Positions 54,916 to 64,000 of a stretch of DNA of 64,000 nucleotides are shown piece after piece. Position 1 is the first letter of the stretch; every line of letters starts with the position of its first letter. The stretch spans positions 10,284-74,283 of the forward strand of contig JAJZRS010000003.1 in the NCBI GenBank assembly GCA_021802545.1, in the 5' to 3' direction. Source of the stretch: Pseudomonadota bacterium. Lineage in GTDB: Bacteria > Pseudomonadota > Gammaproteobacteria > Burkholderiales > JABEVD01. A program made the translations under genes and the position numbers. Below the pieces are notes generated by a model. That model did not search any database and was not told the origin of the DNA. It saw nothing but the letters and a program-made list of their open reading frames with translations.

Positions 54916-56625
54916 TCACATTTTTTCCGGCGCGCTGACGCCGAGAAGGTCGAGCCCGTTTCGAATAACCTGCTTGACTGCGGCAATCAGAGAAAGGCGT
55001 GCGAGCTTGACGGACTCATCCTGAACGAGGAAGTGGGAAGCATTGTAATAGCTGTGGAAGGCTGCTGCCAGGTCCTTGAGGAAGAATGCGATCAGATGAG
55101 GCGACAATTCCCTTGCCGCCCCCCTGATCAGGTCGGGATAATCGATCAGGCGCTGCAGCAGATCGGCTTCGTGCTCGCTCGACAAACAGGATGGGTCGGC
55201 ATCCACCAGCGACTCGAGATTGCCGCCCCATTGCTCCAGAACGCTGGCGATTCGCGCATGCGCATATTGAACATAGTATACGGGGTTGTCATTGCTCTGC
55301 GACTTTGCGAGATCAAGGTCGAAATCCAGGTGCTGGTCGCATTTGCGCAAGACGTAAAAAAAGCGCGCCGCGTCGTTGCCCACTTCACGTCTCAGCTCCC
55401 TGAGCGTGACGAATTCACCGCTCCTGGTCGACATGGAAGCCTTTTTGCCGTCTCGATAGAGGACGGCGAACTGGACCAGTTCGACATGGAGCTTTTCTGC
55501 AGGCGCGCCGGCGGCAAGCAGCGCGCCCTTGACCCGCGAAATATAGCCGTGATGATCCGCCCCCCAGATATCGATGATGAGTTCGAAGCCGCGTTCGATC
55601 TTGTTGAGGTGGTAGGCAATATCCGAGGCGAAATAGGTATACAGGCCGTTTTCCCGCTGGACCACCCGGTCCTTCTCGTCCCCGAAATGGGTGGAACGGA
55701 ACCATTTCGCGCCGTCCTGGACGTAGATATGCCCGCCTTCCTCGAGTTTGCTCAAGGCGTGCTCGACCATGCCGCTGTCGAAAAGCGATTGTTCCGAGAA
55801 CCAGGAATCGAATACGACGCCAAATTCGAGGAGGTCGTTGCGGCAGTCGCCGAGCTGCTCGTTCAGCACGAAGTCGTGAAGGTATTGATAGTCCTGGCCG
55901 AGCAGGTTCTTAGCGCTTGCAATCAGATTGTCGAGATGGGCGTCTTCGTCGGAAACCGGGATGTCGTAAAGGATGGCCCCAATGGGGTGCTTGTAGCGCT
56001 CGCCGTGCATCTCGTGAATGATGCGCGCCATATCCCGCACATAGCCTCCCTGATAGGCGTTGGCCGGAAAGAGGATATCGACGCCGACGATTTCAAGGTA
56101 GCGAAGCCAGGTTGAAAGGGTCAGGATGTCCATTTGCCTGCCGGCATCGTTGACGTAATATTCCCGAACGACCTCATAGCCTGCAGCATTGAGCAGGTTG
56201 GACAGGCTTGCGCCGAATGCGGCGCCTCGTCCGTGACCCACGTGAAGCGGGCCGGTAGGATTGGCCGAGACGAATTCGACCTGGATCTTCTTTCCGGCGC
56301 CGAGCGTGGATTTTCCGAATGACGCTCCGTTTTGCAATATATGGCCGATGATGCGCTGCTTGGATGCATTCTTGAGGAAAATGTTGATGAACCCCGCGCC
56401 TGCGATTTCGAGCTTTTCGACGTGCTCGGAATGGGGGAGGGCTGCAATGATGTTCGCTGCGACTTCTCGCGGATTCTTTTTCAGCGATTTTGCAAGCTGC
56501 ATGGCGATATTGCAGGAATAATCGCCGTGCACGGAAAGTTTTGGGCGCTCAAGATGGATTTCCGGGGCATCAGTGAGCGCCTCGGAAAATAGAGCGGCAA
56601 GATGGGTTTTGAAGTCGAAAGTCAT
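54916..56625 (-). CDS. argS: arginyl-tRNA synthetase
   Basis: EFVSANPTGPLHVGH, WGADHHGY, MSTRSG, APEKM. Confidence 0.98.
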   Translation of the reverse strand: MTFDFKTHLAALFSEALTDAPEIHLERPKLSVHGDYSCNIAMQLAKSLKKNPREVAANIIAALPHSEHVEKLEIAGAGFINIFLKNASKQRIIGHILQNGASFGKSTLGAGKKIQVEFVSANPTGPLHVGHGRGAAFGASLSNLLNAAGYEVVREYYVNDAGRQMDILTLSTWLRYLEIVGVDILFPANAYQGGYVRDMARIIHEMHGERYKHPIGAILYDIPVSDEDAHLDNLIASAKNLLGQDYQYLHDFVLNEQLGDCRNDLLEFGVVFDSWFSEQSLFDSGMVEHALSKLEEGGHIYVQDGAKWFRSTHFGDEKDRVVQRENGLYTYFASDIAYHLNKIERGFELIIDIWGADHHGYISRVKGALLAAGAPAEKLHVELVQFAVLYRDGKKASMSTRSGEFVTLRELRREVGNDAARFFYVLRKCDQHLDFDLDLAKSQSNDNPVYYVQYAHARIASVLEQWGGNLESLVDADPSCLSSEHEADLLQRLIDYPDLIRGAARELSPHLIAFFLKDLAAAFHSYYNASHFLVQDESVKLARLSLIAAVKQVIRNGLDLLGVSAPEKM

Positions 56626-56657
56626 AATATTGCCTGTAATTATATCTTCTGGTTAGA

Positions 56658-58832
56658 CTAAAACTCTAGGGGATCGACGTCGATATGCCATTTCACTGCG
56701 CGACTTGCTGCAGGATCCAGGTTCGACAATAGCTCGTCCAAAAAATTCTGCAGCCTGATCCGGGAGGCCGACTGGAAAAGGATATGCGCTCTTTCCATGT
56801 TGCCCAGGCGAATCATTGATGCGGCGGCGGGATCGAAAATCGTGACTCCCTGCGCGATTTTCGAGGCGGCAGATCTGATTTTCTCGAGGAAATCCATCGC
56901 CTTGTCGAGGGCAGGCGCCTCCGCGCGTATCAGCGCCTGATGGACATAGGGCGGAAAGCCGGCCGCGGATCGCTCATCCAGGAGCATGGCTGCAATGGCG
57001 TCGAAATCGTGATGCTCGAGGGCGCGGTAGAGGGGGTGGTCCTTGTATTCCGTCTGGATCAGCACTTCTCCGGGTGAACCGGCTCGGCCAGCTCTTCCGG
57101 AGACCTGGGTGAGCAGGGCGAAAAGCCGTTCCGAGGCCCTGAAATCGCTGCTGAAGAGGGATGCGTCGGAATTGAGGATGCCCACCAGGGTCAGGTTGGG
57201 GAAATCGTGCCCTTTCGCAAGCAGCTGCGTTCCGATCAGGATGTCCGCATCCCCGCTCCTGATTTTGTCGAGCATGCCCAGCCAATCATGCTTTTTCCTG
57301 ATGCTGTCCCGGTCTATCCGCAGAATGCGGGCATCCGGAAATAAGCTGCCGAGCTCGGATTCGATGCGCTGGGTTCCATGTCCGACGGGTTTGAGATCCA
57401 GATTGCCGCACTCGGGGCAGGCGGGCGGTATCTTTTCGACAAATCCGCAGTAATGGCAGCGCAACCGCCCTAGCTTCAGGTGCAGCACAAGCCTGCTTGT
57501 GCAGCGCGGGCACGAAGGGGTCCAGGAACAGGCTCTGCAGATCATGGCGGGGGAATATCCCCTTCTGTTGAGAAAGACCATGCTCTGCTCGCCTCGATTC
57601 AGTCGGACGGATATGGCTGCGATCAGCTTCTCGCTCAGACCGCTCTTTCGTTTTTCCTGTCTGAGATCGATATAGCGTACGCGCGGCAGCGATGCGCTCT
57701 GAATTGCGCGATGTCTCAGCTCGAGCAGCCCATAGCGGCCTGTTTTTGCGCTCCGATAGCTTTCAAGGGAAGGGGTGGCCGAGCCGAGGACGACAGGAAC
57801 GGCTTCCTGTTTGGCGCGAAATACGGCGACATCGCGGGCGCTGTAGCGCAGGCCCTCCTGCTGCTTGAACGAGGCGTCATGTTCTTCGTCGACGATGATT
57901 AGGCCGGGGTTGGGGAGCGGCGTGAAGACGGCAAGCCGCGTGCCAAGCACGATTCCCGCTTCGCCTGATTGCGCCATCAGCCAGCCCTGCAGCCTTTCCG
58001 TATCGCTGAGCCCGCTGTGCAGGCTCACGATGCCGGTGTTGGGAAAGCGGGCTGCGAACAAGTTTTCCAGGTGCGGCGTAAGGTTGATTTCGGGGACGAG
58101 GAAAAGGACCTGCTGGCCGGCTTCCAGAATCCTGGCAATGACCTGGAGATAGACTTCTGTTTTTCCGCTTCCGGTGATGCCATAAAGCAGCCATGGCTGG
58201 AATTTTCCCTTCTCGTCGAGAATGCGCGCTACGGCGTGCGCCTGTTCAAGCGTGAGTTGGGGCGATGGCGAGATTGATAGCGGCAGCGCTTTCCCCGGGA
58301 TTTCATCGACCAGGCCGAGAGAGAGAAGCTTCTTGAGCGCCTGTGCGGGATACGTCTTTCTGATCTCGGCTTCGCTCAGCCCGGAGCTTTCATTCAGGCG
58401 ATCGATCAGGCTTTTCATTTGCCTGCCCCTGACGTTGGCATGCTGGCCAGCCTCCGTGAGCGAAAAATGGCGTGGTCGCTTGATTTCGACAGGCCTCTGG
58501 GCCTTGAGGCGAGCGGGCAGCGCATTCAGGACGACCTGGCCGATTGGCTGGTGGTAGTAAGCGCTGCAGAAGCGGAACAGATCGAGGAGCTTCCCGGACA
58601 GGGGGGGGATATCCCGAAACACGAATTCGGCGGATTTGAGCCGCTCGACCGGGATGTCCGTATTTTCGGAGATCCCGAGCACGACGCCTGTCAGTTTCTT
58701 GGCCCCGAAAGGGACGATCGCCCTGGCGCCGATATCGCCGATGTCGGCCTCTTTCGCCAGATAATCGAACAGCGCAGGCACCGGGATATCCAGGGCGACC
58801 TTGATGATATTGGCGGAATAGTCGGATGCCAT
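56658..58832 (-). CDS. priA: primosomal helicase
   Basis: GITGSGKTEVY, DEEHD, Cys-rich region, QVSGRAGR. Confidence 0.97.
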   Translation of the reverse strand: MASDYSANIIKVALDIPVPALFDYLAKEADIGDIGARAIVPFGAKKLTGVVLGISENTDIPVERLKSAEFVFRDIPPLSGKLLDLFRFCSAYYHQPIGQVVLNALPARLKAQRPVEIKRPRHFSLTEAGQHANVRGRQMKSLIDRLNESSGLSEAEIRKTYPAQALKKLLSLGLVDEIPGKALPLSISPSPQLTLEQAHAVARILDEKGKFQPWLLYGITGSGKTEVYLQVIARILEAGQQVLFLVPEINLTPHLENLFAARFPNTGIVSLHSGLSDTERLQGWLMAQSGEAGIVLGTRLAVFTPLPNPGLIIVDEEHDASFKQQEGLRYSARDVAVFRAKQEAVPVVLGSATPSLESYRSAKTGRYGLLELRHRAIQSASLPRVRYIDLRQEKRKSGLSEKLIAAISVRLNRGEQSMVFLNRRGYSPAMICRACSWTPSCPRCTSRLVLHLKLGRLRCHYCGFVEKIPPACPECGNLDLKPVGHGTQRIESELGSLFPDARILRIDRDSIRKKHDWLGMLDKIRSGDADILIGTQLLAKGHDFPNLTLVGILNSDASLFSSDFRASERLFALLTQVSGRAGRAGSPGEVLIQTEYKDHPLYRALEHHDFDAIAAMLLDERSAAGFPPYVHQALIRAEAPALDKAMDFLEKIRSAASKIAQGVTIFDPAAASMIRLGNMERAHILFQSASRIRLQNFLDELLSNLDPAASRAVKWHIDVDPLEF

Positions 58833-58879
58833 TTTGTATGGTTAAGCCGCCTCATTAGGGTGAATTCTAGGAAAACGAT

Positions 58880-59100
58880 ATAACATACTATTTAAAATGA
58901 ATAAAAAAGTTACTCACAAAATCTGTTGATAACTTTGTGAATTATTCCTTTCATTTAGGCTAAGTTTTTATCTTTCAAGGCAATTCTTCATTCACCAAAT
59001 TGGTGCACGAAAGATTTTATATTCAAAATCAGTTGATTGGAAATTCAGCATCCGGCGTAAAATTCTCTTCCGGTTTTCCATGAAATGTGCATAAGTCCGC
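58880..59100. promoter_or_regulatory. AT-rich DnaA-box cluster
   Basis: TTACTCACA 58910, TGTTGATAA 58924, TGTGAATTA 58936, TGTGCATAA 59086. Confidence 0.6.
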
Positions 59101-59136
59101 ATAGGTGGATGCGGAATGCATGTTAGAAAGCCCCGC

Positions 59137-60213
59137 TTATTGCGAGGCGACTTCGTGGTATTTCCGGCTCGACGAACGGACGGTTTCGATCAGAACGGCG
59201 GCATGATCCGGATTGGTGTATTGGGATATGCCGTGACCGAGATTGAATACATGGCCGCTGCCGTGACCGAAGCTTTCCAGAACCTTTTCTGCTTCCTTCA
59301 CGATCTGCGCAGGTTCCGCGAACAACACGAGGGGATCGAGATTGCCCTGCAGGGCTACCTTGTCGCCTACCAGACGCCTTGCCCTGCCGATATCCATCGT
59401 CCAGTCGAGTCCGACAGCATCGCAGCCGATCGAGGCGATTTTTTCTATCCAAAGGCCGCCGCCCTTGGTGAACACGATGCTCGGTACCTTGGCGCCGTCA
59501 TGCTTCTTGTGAAGCATGGATACGATTCTTTCCAGGTAGGCGAGCGAAAATTCGGCATAGGCCGCTTCGGACAGCGCTCCTCCCCATGAATCGAAGATCA
59601 TCACGGCTTGCGCGCCGTGTTCGATCTGCGCGTTCAGGTAGTCCGCAACGGCGCGCGCATTGATCTCGAGTATGTGATGCAGCAGCTCCGGTCTGCGGTA
59701 GAGCATCGTCTTGGTATGGAGGAAGTCGCTGCTGCTGCCGCCCTCGATCATGTAGCAGGCGAGGGTGAAGGGGCTTCCCGAAAAGCCGATCAGCGGTACG
59801 GAATCGTCCAGGGATTTGCGGATCTGGGAGACCGCATCCATGACATAGCGGAGATGGACGACCGGGTCCGGAGAAGCCAGGTTCTTGATTTCCCATTCGT
59901 CCCTCAGGGGACGTTCGAACTTCGGCCCCTCGCCTTCAGCGAAATAGAGCCCGAGCCCCATTGCATCGGGGACGGTCAGAATATCGGAAAAAAGAATTGC
60001 GGCATCCAGGGGGAATCTCGCCAGCGGCTGCAATGTCACTTCGGTCGCAAGATCCGGATTCTTGCACAGGGAGAGAAAGCTGCCCGCGCGGGATCGCGTC
60101 TGGTTGTATTCCGGAAGATAGCGCCCCGCCTGCCGCATCATCCAGATGGGCGTGTAGGGGACGGGTTCGCGCAGCAGGGCGCGGAGGAAAGTATCGTTCT
60201 TGAGTTTGCTCAT
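59137..60213 (-). CDS. hemE: uroporphyrinogen decarboxylase
   Basis: [30 protein letters not shown]. Confidence 0.98.
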   Translation of the reverse strand: MSKLKNDTFLRALLREPVPYTPIWMMRQAGRYLPEYNQTRSRAGSFLSLCKNPDLATEVTLQPLARFPLDAAILFSDILTVPDAMGLGLYFAEGEGPKFERPLRDEWEIKNLASPDPVVHLRYVMDAVSQIRKSLDDSVPLIGFSGSPFTLACYMIEGGSSSDFLHTKTMLYRRPELLHHILEINARAVADYLNAQIEHGAQAVMIFDSWGGALSEAAYAEFSLAYLERIVSMLHKKHDGAKVPSIVFTKGGGLWIEKIASIGCDAVGLDWTMDIGRARRLVGDKVALQGNLDPLVLFAEPAQIVKEAEKVLESFGHGSGHVFNLGHGISQYTNPDHAAVLIETVRSSSRKYHEVASQ

Positions 60214-61646
60214 CGGGGCAATTCCGAGTGTCCCATCAGGTATTCGTCGACCGACCTTGCGGCCTGCCTGCCTTCCCTGATCGCCCAGACCACGAGCGAC
60301 TGGCCGCGGCGCATGTCCCCGGCCGAGAAGACCTTGGGAATGGAGGTCTGGTATTTGTTCGTGTCGGCTTTGACGTTGCCCCTGCCGTCGAATTCGATGC
60401 CGAGTTCCTTCAGCATGCCTTCGTGCACGGGGTGAAGATAGCCCATGGCGAGCAGCACGAGATCGGCCTTGAGCTCGAATTCGGAACCTTCGACTTCCTG
60501 CATCTTCATGCCGCCCGCATCATTCGGAACCCACTCGACGCGAACGGCGTGCAGCTTCCCGACTTGTCCGTTCTCGCCTGAAAAGCGTTTCGTGACGACG
60601 CTCCAATCCCTTTCGCATCCCTCTTCCTGCGAGCTCGAGGTGCGCATCTTCAAGGGCCAGTTGGGCCATGTGAGCGGCCTGTTTTCCCTTTCGGGCGGCC
60701 TTGGCATGACTTCAAGCTGGGTCACGGATGCGGCGCCCTGCCTGATCGAGGTGCCGACGCAATCGGAGCCGGTGTCTCCCCCGCCGATGACGACGACATG
60801 CTTGTCTTTCGCGATGATCTGGGAAGGCAGGGTATCGCCCGCATTTTTCTTGTTCTGCGGAATGAGGAAATTCAGAGCGAAATGCACGCCGTCGAGGTCT
60901 CTTCCCAGAATGGGAAGGTCGCGCGGCGTTTCGCTCCCGCCGGTGAGGACGACGGCATCGTATTCGTCGACGAGCGTTTTGGCTGGAAAGTCGACGCCCA
61001 CATGCTGATTCACCCGAAATTCGACGCCTTCCTGCTTCATCTGCTCGACGCGCCTGTCGATATGACGCTTTTCAAGCTTGAAATCGGGAATGCCGTAACG
61101 CAGGAGCCCGCCTATCCTGTCGTTCTTTTCGAAAAGGACGACCTGGTGCCCGGCACGCGCCAGCTGCTGAGCGCAGGCCATCCCTGCTGGTCCTGAACCG
61201 ACCACCGCGACTTTCTTGCCCGTTTTCCTTGCGGGGGCTTTCGGCTTGATCCAGCCTTCTTCCCAGCCCTTGTCGACTATGGCGTGTTCAATCGACTTGA
61301 TCGTCACCGCATCATCATTGATGTTCAGGGTACAGGCGGCCTCGCAAGGTGCGGGGCAGATCCTTCCGGTGAAGTCGGGAAAATTGTTCGTCGAATGCAG
61401 GACCTCTATGGCATCCTGCCACCTGCCCCTGTAGACCAGGTCGTTCCAGTCGGGAATGATGTTGTTGACGGGGCACCCCGAATGGCAGAAAGGAATGCCG
61501 CAATCCATGCAGCGCGCGCCTTGCTGGCGTATCCCTTCTTCGGAAAGCGGGTGAACGAACTCGTGATAATGATGGATGCGCTCTTCAACCGGCGATGCGG
61601 ATTCGTTGACGCGCTTGATTTCCATGAACCCTGTCGGCTTGCCCAT
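60210..61646 (-). CDS. gltD: glutamate synthase small subunit
   Basis: [34 protein letters not shown]. Confidence 0.96.
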   Translation of the reverse strand: MGKPTGFMEIKRVNESASPVEERIHHYHEFVHPLSEEGIRQQGARCMDCGIPFCHSGCPVNNIIPDWNDLVYRGRWQDAIEVLHSTNNFPDFTGRICPAPCEAACTLNINDDAVTIKSIEHAIVDKGWEEGWIKPKAPARKTGKKVAVVGSGPAGMACAQQLARAGHQVVLFEKNDRIGGLLRYGIPDFKLEKRHIDRRVEQMKQEGVEFRVNQHVGVDFPAKTLVDEYDAVVLTGGSETPRDLPILGRDLDGVHFALNFLIPQNKKNAGDTLPSQIIAKDKHVVVIGGGDTGSDCVGTSIRQGAASVTQLEVMPRPPERENRPLTWPNWPLKMRTSSSQEEGCERDWSVVTKRFSGENGQVGKLHAVRVEWVPNDAGGMKMQEVEGSEFELKADLVLLAMGYLHPVHEGMLKELGIEFDGRGNVKADTNKYQTSIPKVFSAGDMRRGQSLVVWAIREGRQAARSVDEYLMGHSELPR

Positions 61647-64000
61647 TACGCAGACTCCAATACGGCCTTCTTGTTTTTCATGTCCTGAAGCGCACGCCTG
61701 AATTCGGTGGGCATGACCTTCACGAATTTCGGCATGTAGTGCGCCCAGTTGTCCAGTATCGCCTTGGCCCTTGCGCTCCCCGTATAGGCGAAATGGTTCG
61801 AGATCAGCCTGCGCAAAAGGGTTTGATCGCTCTGAGCCAGGTGATCGACGCTGACTTTCCCATGCGATTCGAGATCACCCGATTCGTCGATGGCCTCTTC
61901 TTCGGGGATCGGTTCGAGCTCGACCATCGCCAGGTTGCAGCGCGCATCGAAATTGTTTTCCTCGTTAAGCACATAGGCGACCCCGCCGCTCATGCCAGCC
62001 GCGAAATTGCGCCCGGTTTGACCCAGAACGACCACGACGCCGCCAGTCATGTATTCGCAGCAGTGATCGCCCACGCCTTCTACGACAGCGGTGCAGCCGG
62101 AATTGCGCACGGCGAAGCGTTCCCCTGCGACGCCTCTGAAATAGGCCTCGCCCGAAATCGCGCCGTAAAGCACGGTGTTGCCGGCAACGATGTTCTCCTC
62201 GGGTACGGTCTTGCAGTCCCGGTCCGGGTAGATCACGACCCTGCCGCCCGAGAGCCCCTTGCCGACATAATCGTTGCCGTCGCCCTCGAGTTCGAAGGTG
62301 ACGCCTGCGGCGAGGAAGGCACCGAAGCTTTGTCCTGCCGTTCCCCTGAAGTTGACATGGATGGTGTCGTCGGGGAGGCCGGCATGGCCGTACTGCTTCG
62401 CCACCTCGCCCGAGAGCATGGCCCCCGCAGAGCGGTTGACGTTGCAGATGCCGCTTTCAATCCTGACCTTGGTGCGGTGCTGGATGGCAGGTTGGGCCTC
62501 GCCGATCAACTTGTGGTCGAGCGCCTTGGCGATACCGTGATCCTGGGTTTCCTGGTGATAGCGGGCGACTTCGCTCGGCATGTCAGGGCTGTAGAGTACG
62601 CTGGAGAGGTCGAGTCCCTTTGCCTTCCAGTGATTGACTGCGCGGCGGACGTCGATCAGATCGGTCCTGCCGATCAGGTCGTCGAACTTCCTGATGCCCA
62701 TCTGAGCCATGTATTCGCGCACTTCCTCCGCGACGAAGAAGAAGTAGTTGACGACATGCTCGGGCTGTCCGGAGAATTTCTTGCGCAAGGTCTCGTCCTG
62801 GGTGGCGACGCCGACCGGGCAGGTGTTGAGATGGCATTTGCGCATCATGATGCAGCCTTCGACCACCAGGGGGGCGGTGGCGAAGCCGAATTCGTCTGCG
62901 CCCAAAAGCGCGCCGATCAGCACGTCGCGGCCGGTCTTCATCTGTCCGTCGACCTGTACGGCCACCCTGCCCCTGAGCTTGTTGAGCACCAGGGTCTGCT
63001 GGGTTTCGGAAAGGCCGAGCTCCCATGGGGCGCCGGCATGCTTGACCGAGCTCAGCGGGCTCGCGCCTGTGCCGCCGTCGTATCCGGAGATCGTGATGTG
63101 GTCGGCTTTTGCCTTGGCCACGCCTGCCGCGATGGTTCCGACGCCCACTTCGGAAACGAGCTTGACGCTGATGCTCGCAGCGGGATTGACGTTCTTGAGG
63201 TCGTGGATCAACTGGGCAAGATCCTCGATCGAATAGATGTCGTGATGCGGCGGCGGGGAAATCAGCCCGACACCCGGTACGGAATGGCGCAGCTTGGCGA
63301 TGTACTCGCTGACCTTGTGCCCGGGGAGTTGCCCGCCTTCACCGGGTTTTGCGCCCTGCGCCATCTTGATCTGGAGCTGGTCGGCATTGACCAGGTATTC
63401 AGCGGTGACGCCGAAGCGGCCGGCAGCGATCTGCTTGATCGCAGAGCGCATCGAATCGCCGTTCGGCAACGGCTTGAACCGGATGGGGTCTTCTCCGCCT
63501 TCGCCGGTATTGGATTTGCCGCCTATCCTGTTCATGGCAATGGCAAGCGTGCTGTGCGCCTCCTTGGAAATGGAGCCGAGCGACATCGCGCCGGTGGCGA
63601 AGCGCTTGACGATTTCCTTCGCCGGCTCGACTTCTTCGAGCGGAACCGACTTGCCCGGCTTGATGTCGAAAAGGCCGCGCAGCGTCATCAGCTGCTCGCT
63701 CTGATCGTTGATGAGCTTCGCGTATTCCTTGTAGGTGCTGAAGCTGCCGGAGCGCGTCGCATGCTGCAGCTTCGAAATGCTCTCTGGCGTCCAGAGATGG
63801 GCTTCGCCCCTCAATCTATAGGCGTATTCCCCGCCCACGTCCAACGCATTCTGGTAAATCGGGGCATTGCCGAAGGCAAGCTGATGGATTTCCGCCGCTT
63901 CCCTTGCGACCTCGTCAAGCCCGATGCCTTCCACGCGGCTGGAAGTGCCGGGGAAATAGCGCTGGATGAAGGCCGAATTCAATCCGACCGCTTCGAAAAT
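61646..64000 (-). CDS. gltB: glutamate synthase large subunit (3' part, runs off window)
   Basis: [36 protein letters not shown] domain. Confidence 0.96.
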   Translation of the reverse strand: MFEAVGLNSAFIQRYFPGTSSRVEGIGLDEVAREAAEIHQLAFGNAPIYQNALDVGGEYAYRLRGEAHLWTPESISKLQHATRSGSFSTYKEYAKLINDQSEQLMTLRGLFDIKPGKSVPLEEVEPAKEIVKRFATGAMSLGSISKEAHSTLAIAMNRIGGKSNTGEGGEDPIRFKPLPNGDSMRSAIKQIAAGRFGVTAEYLVNADQLQIKMAQGAKPGEGGQLPGHKVSEYIAKLRHSVPGVGLISPPPHHDIYSIEDLAQLIHDLKNVNPAASISVKLVSEVGVGTIAAGVAKAKADHITISGYDGGTGASPLSSVKHAGAPWELGLSETQQTLVLNKLRGRVAVQVDGQMKTGRDVLIGALLGADEFGFATAPLVVEGCIMMRKCHLNTCPVGVATQDETLRKKFSGQPEHVVNYFFFVAEEVREYMAQMGIRKFDDLIGRTDLIDVRRAVNHWKAKGLDLSSVLYSPDMPSEVARYHQETQDHGIAKALDHKLIGEAQPAIQHRTKVRIESGICNVNRSAGAMLSGEVAKQYGHAGLPDDTIHVNFRGTAGQSFGAFLAAGVTFELEGDGNDYVGKGLSGGRVVIYPDRDCKTVPEENIVAGNTVLYGAISGEAYFRGVAGERFAVRNSGCTAVVEGVGDHCCEYMTGGVVVVLGQTGRNFAAGMSGGVAYVLNEENNFDARCNLAMVELEPIPEEEAIDESGDLESHGKVSVDHLAQSDQTLLRRLISNHFAYTGSARAKAILDNWAHYMPKFVKVMPTEFRRALQDMKNKKAVLESA

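Overview
Origin-proximal region of a betaproteobacterial chromosome. The backbone runs ntrXY-rsmB-fmt-def, LysM-dprA-topA, gyrB-dnaN-dnaA (no recF), rpmH-rnpA-yidD-yidC-mnmE-mnmG-rsmG-parAB, atp operon, glmUS, dsbA x2, argS, priA, hemE, gltD and a partial gltB, with three parS sites and a DnaA-box cluster. The main discovery is a complete 12,776-bp Tn7-like transposon (14661-27436). It has TGT...ACA termini, 25-bp inverted repeats (22/25 identical), repeated TnsB-type sites and a perfect 5-bp target duplication (AAGCA). It is inserted 4 bp past the gyrB stop codon, while the classical glmS att site in the same window is empty. It encodes XRE-TnsA-TnsB-TnsC and a long TniQ/TnsD with several C-terminal HTH-like units, and has no cas genes, CRISPR array or tnsE. 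Cargo is a two-gene Lamassu-type system, a GGCT gene and a coupled three-gene TIGR04255 module ending in a putative toxin. The element also carries a replacement gyrB terminator. A candidate small RNA upstream of tnsA has a loop matching both the gyrB stop region and the transposon end (speculative). All protein calls are from motif recognition by eye; no searches were run.
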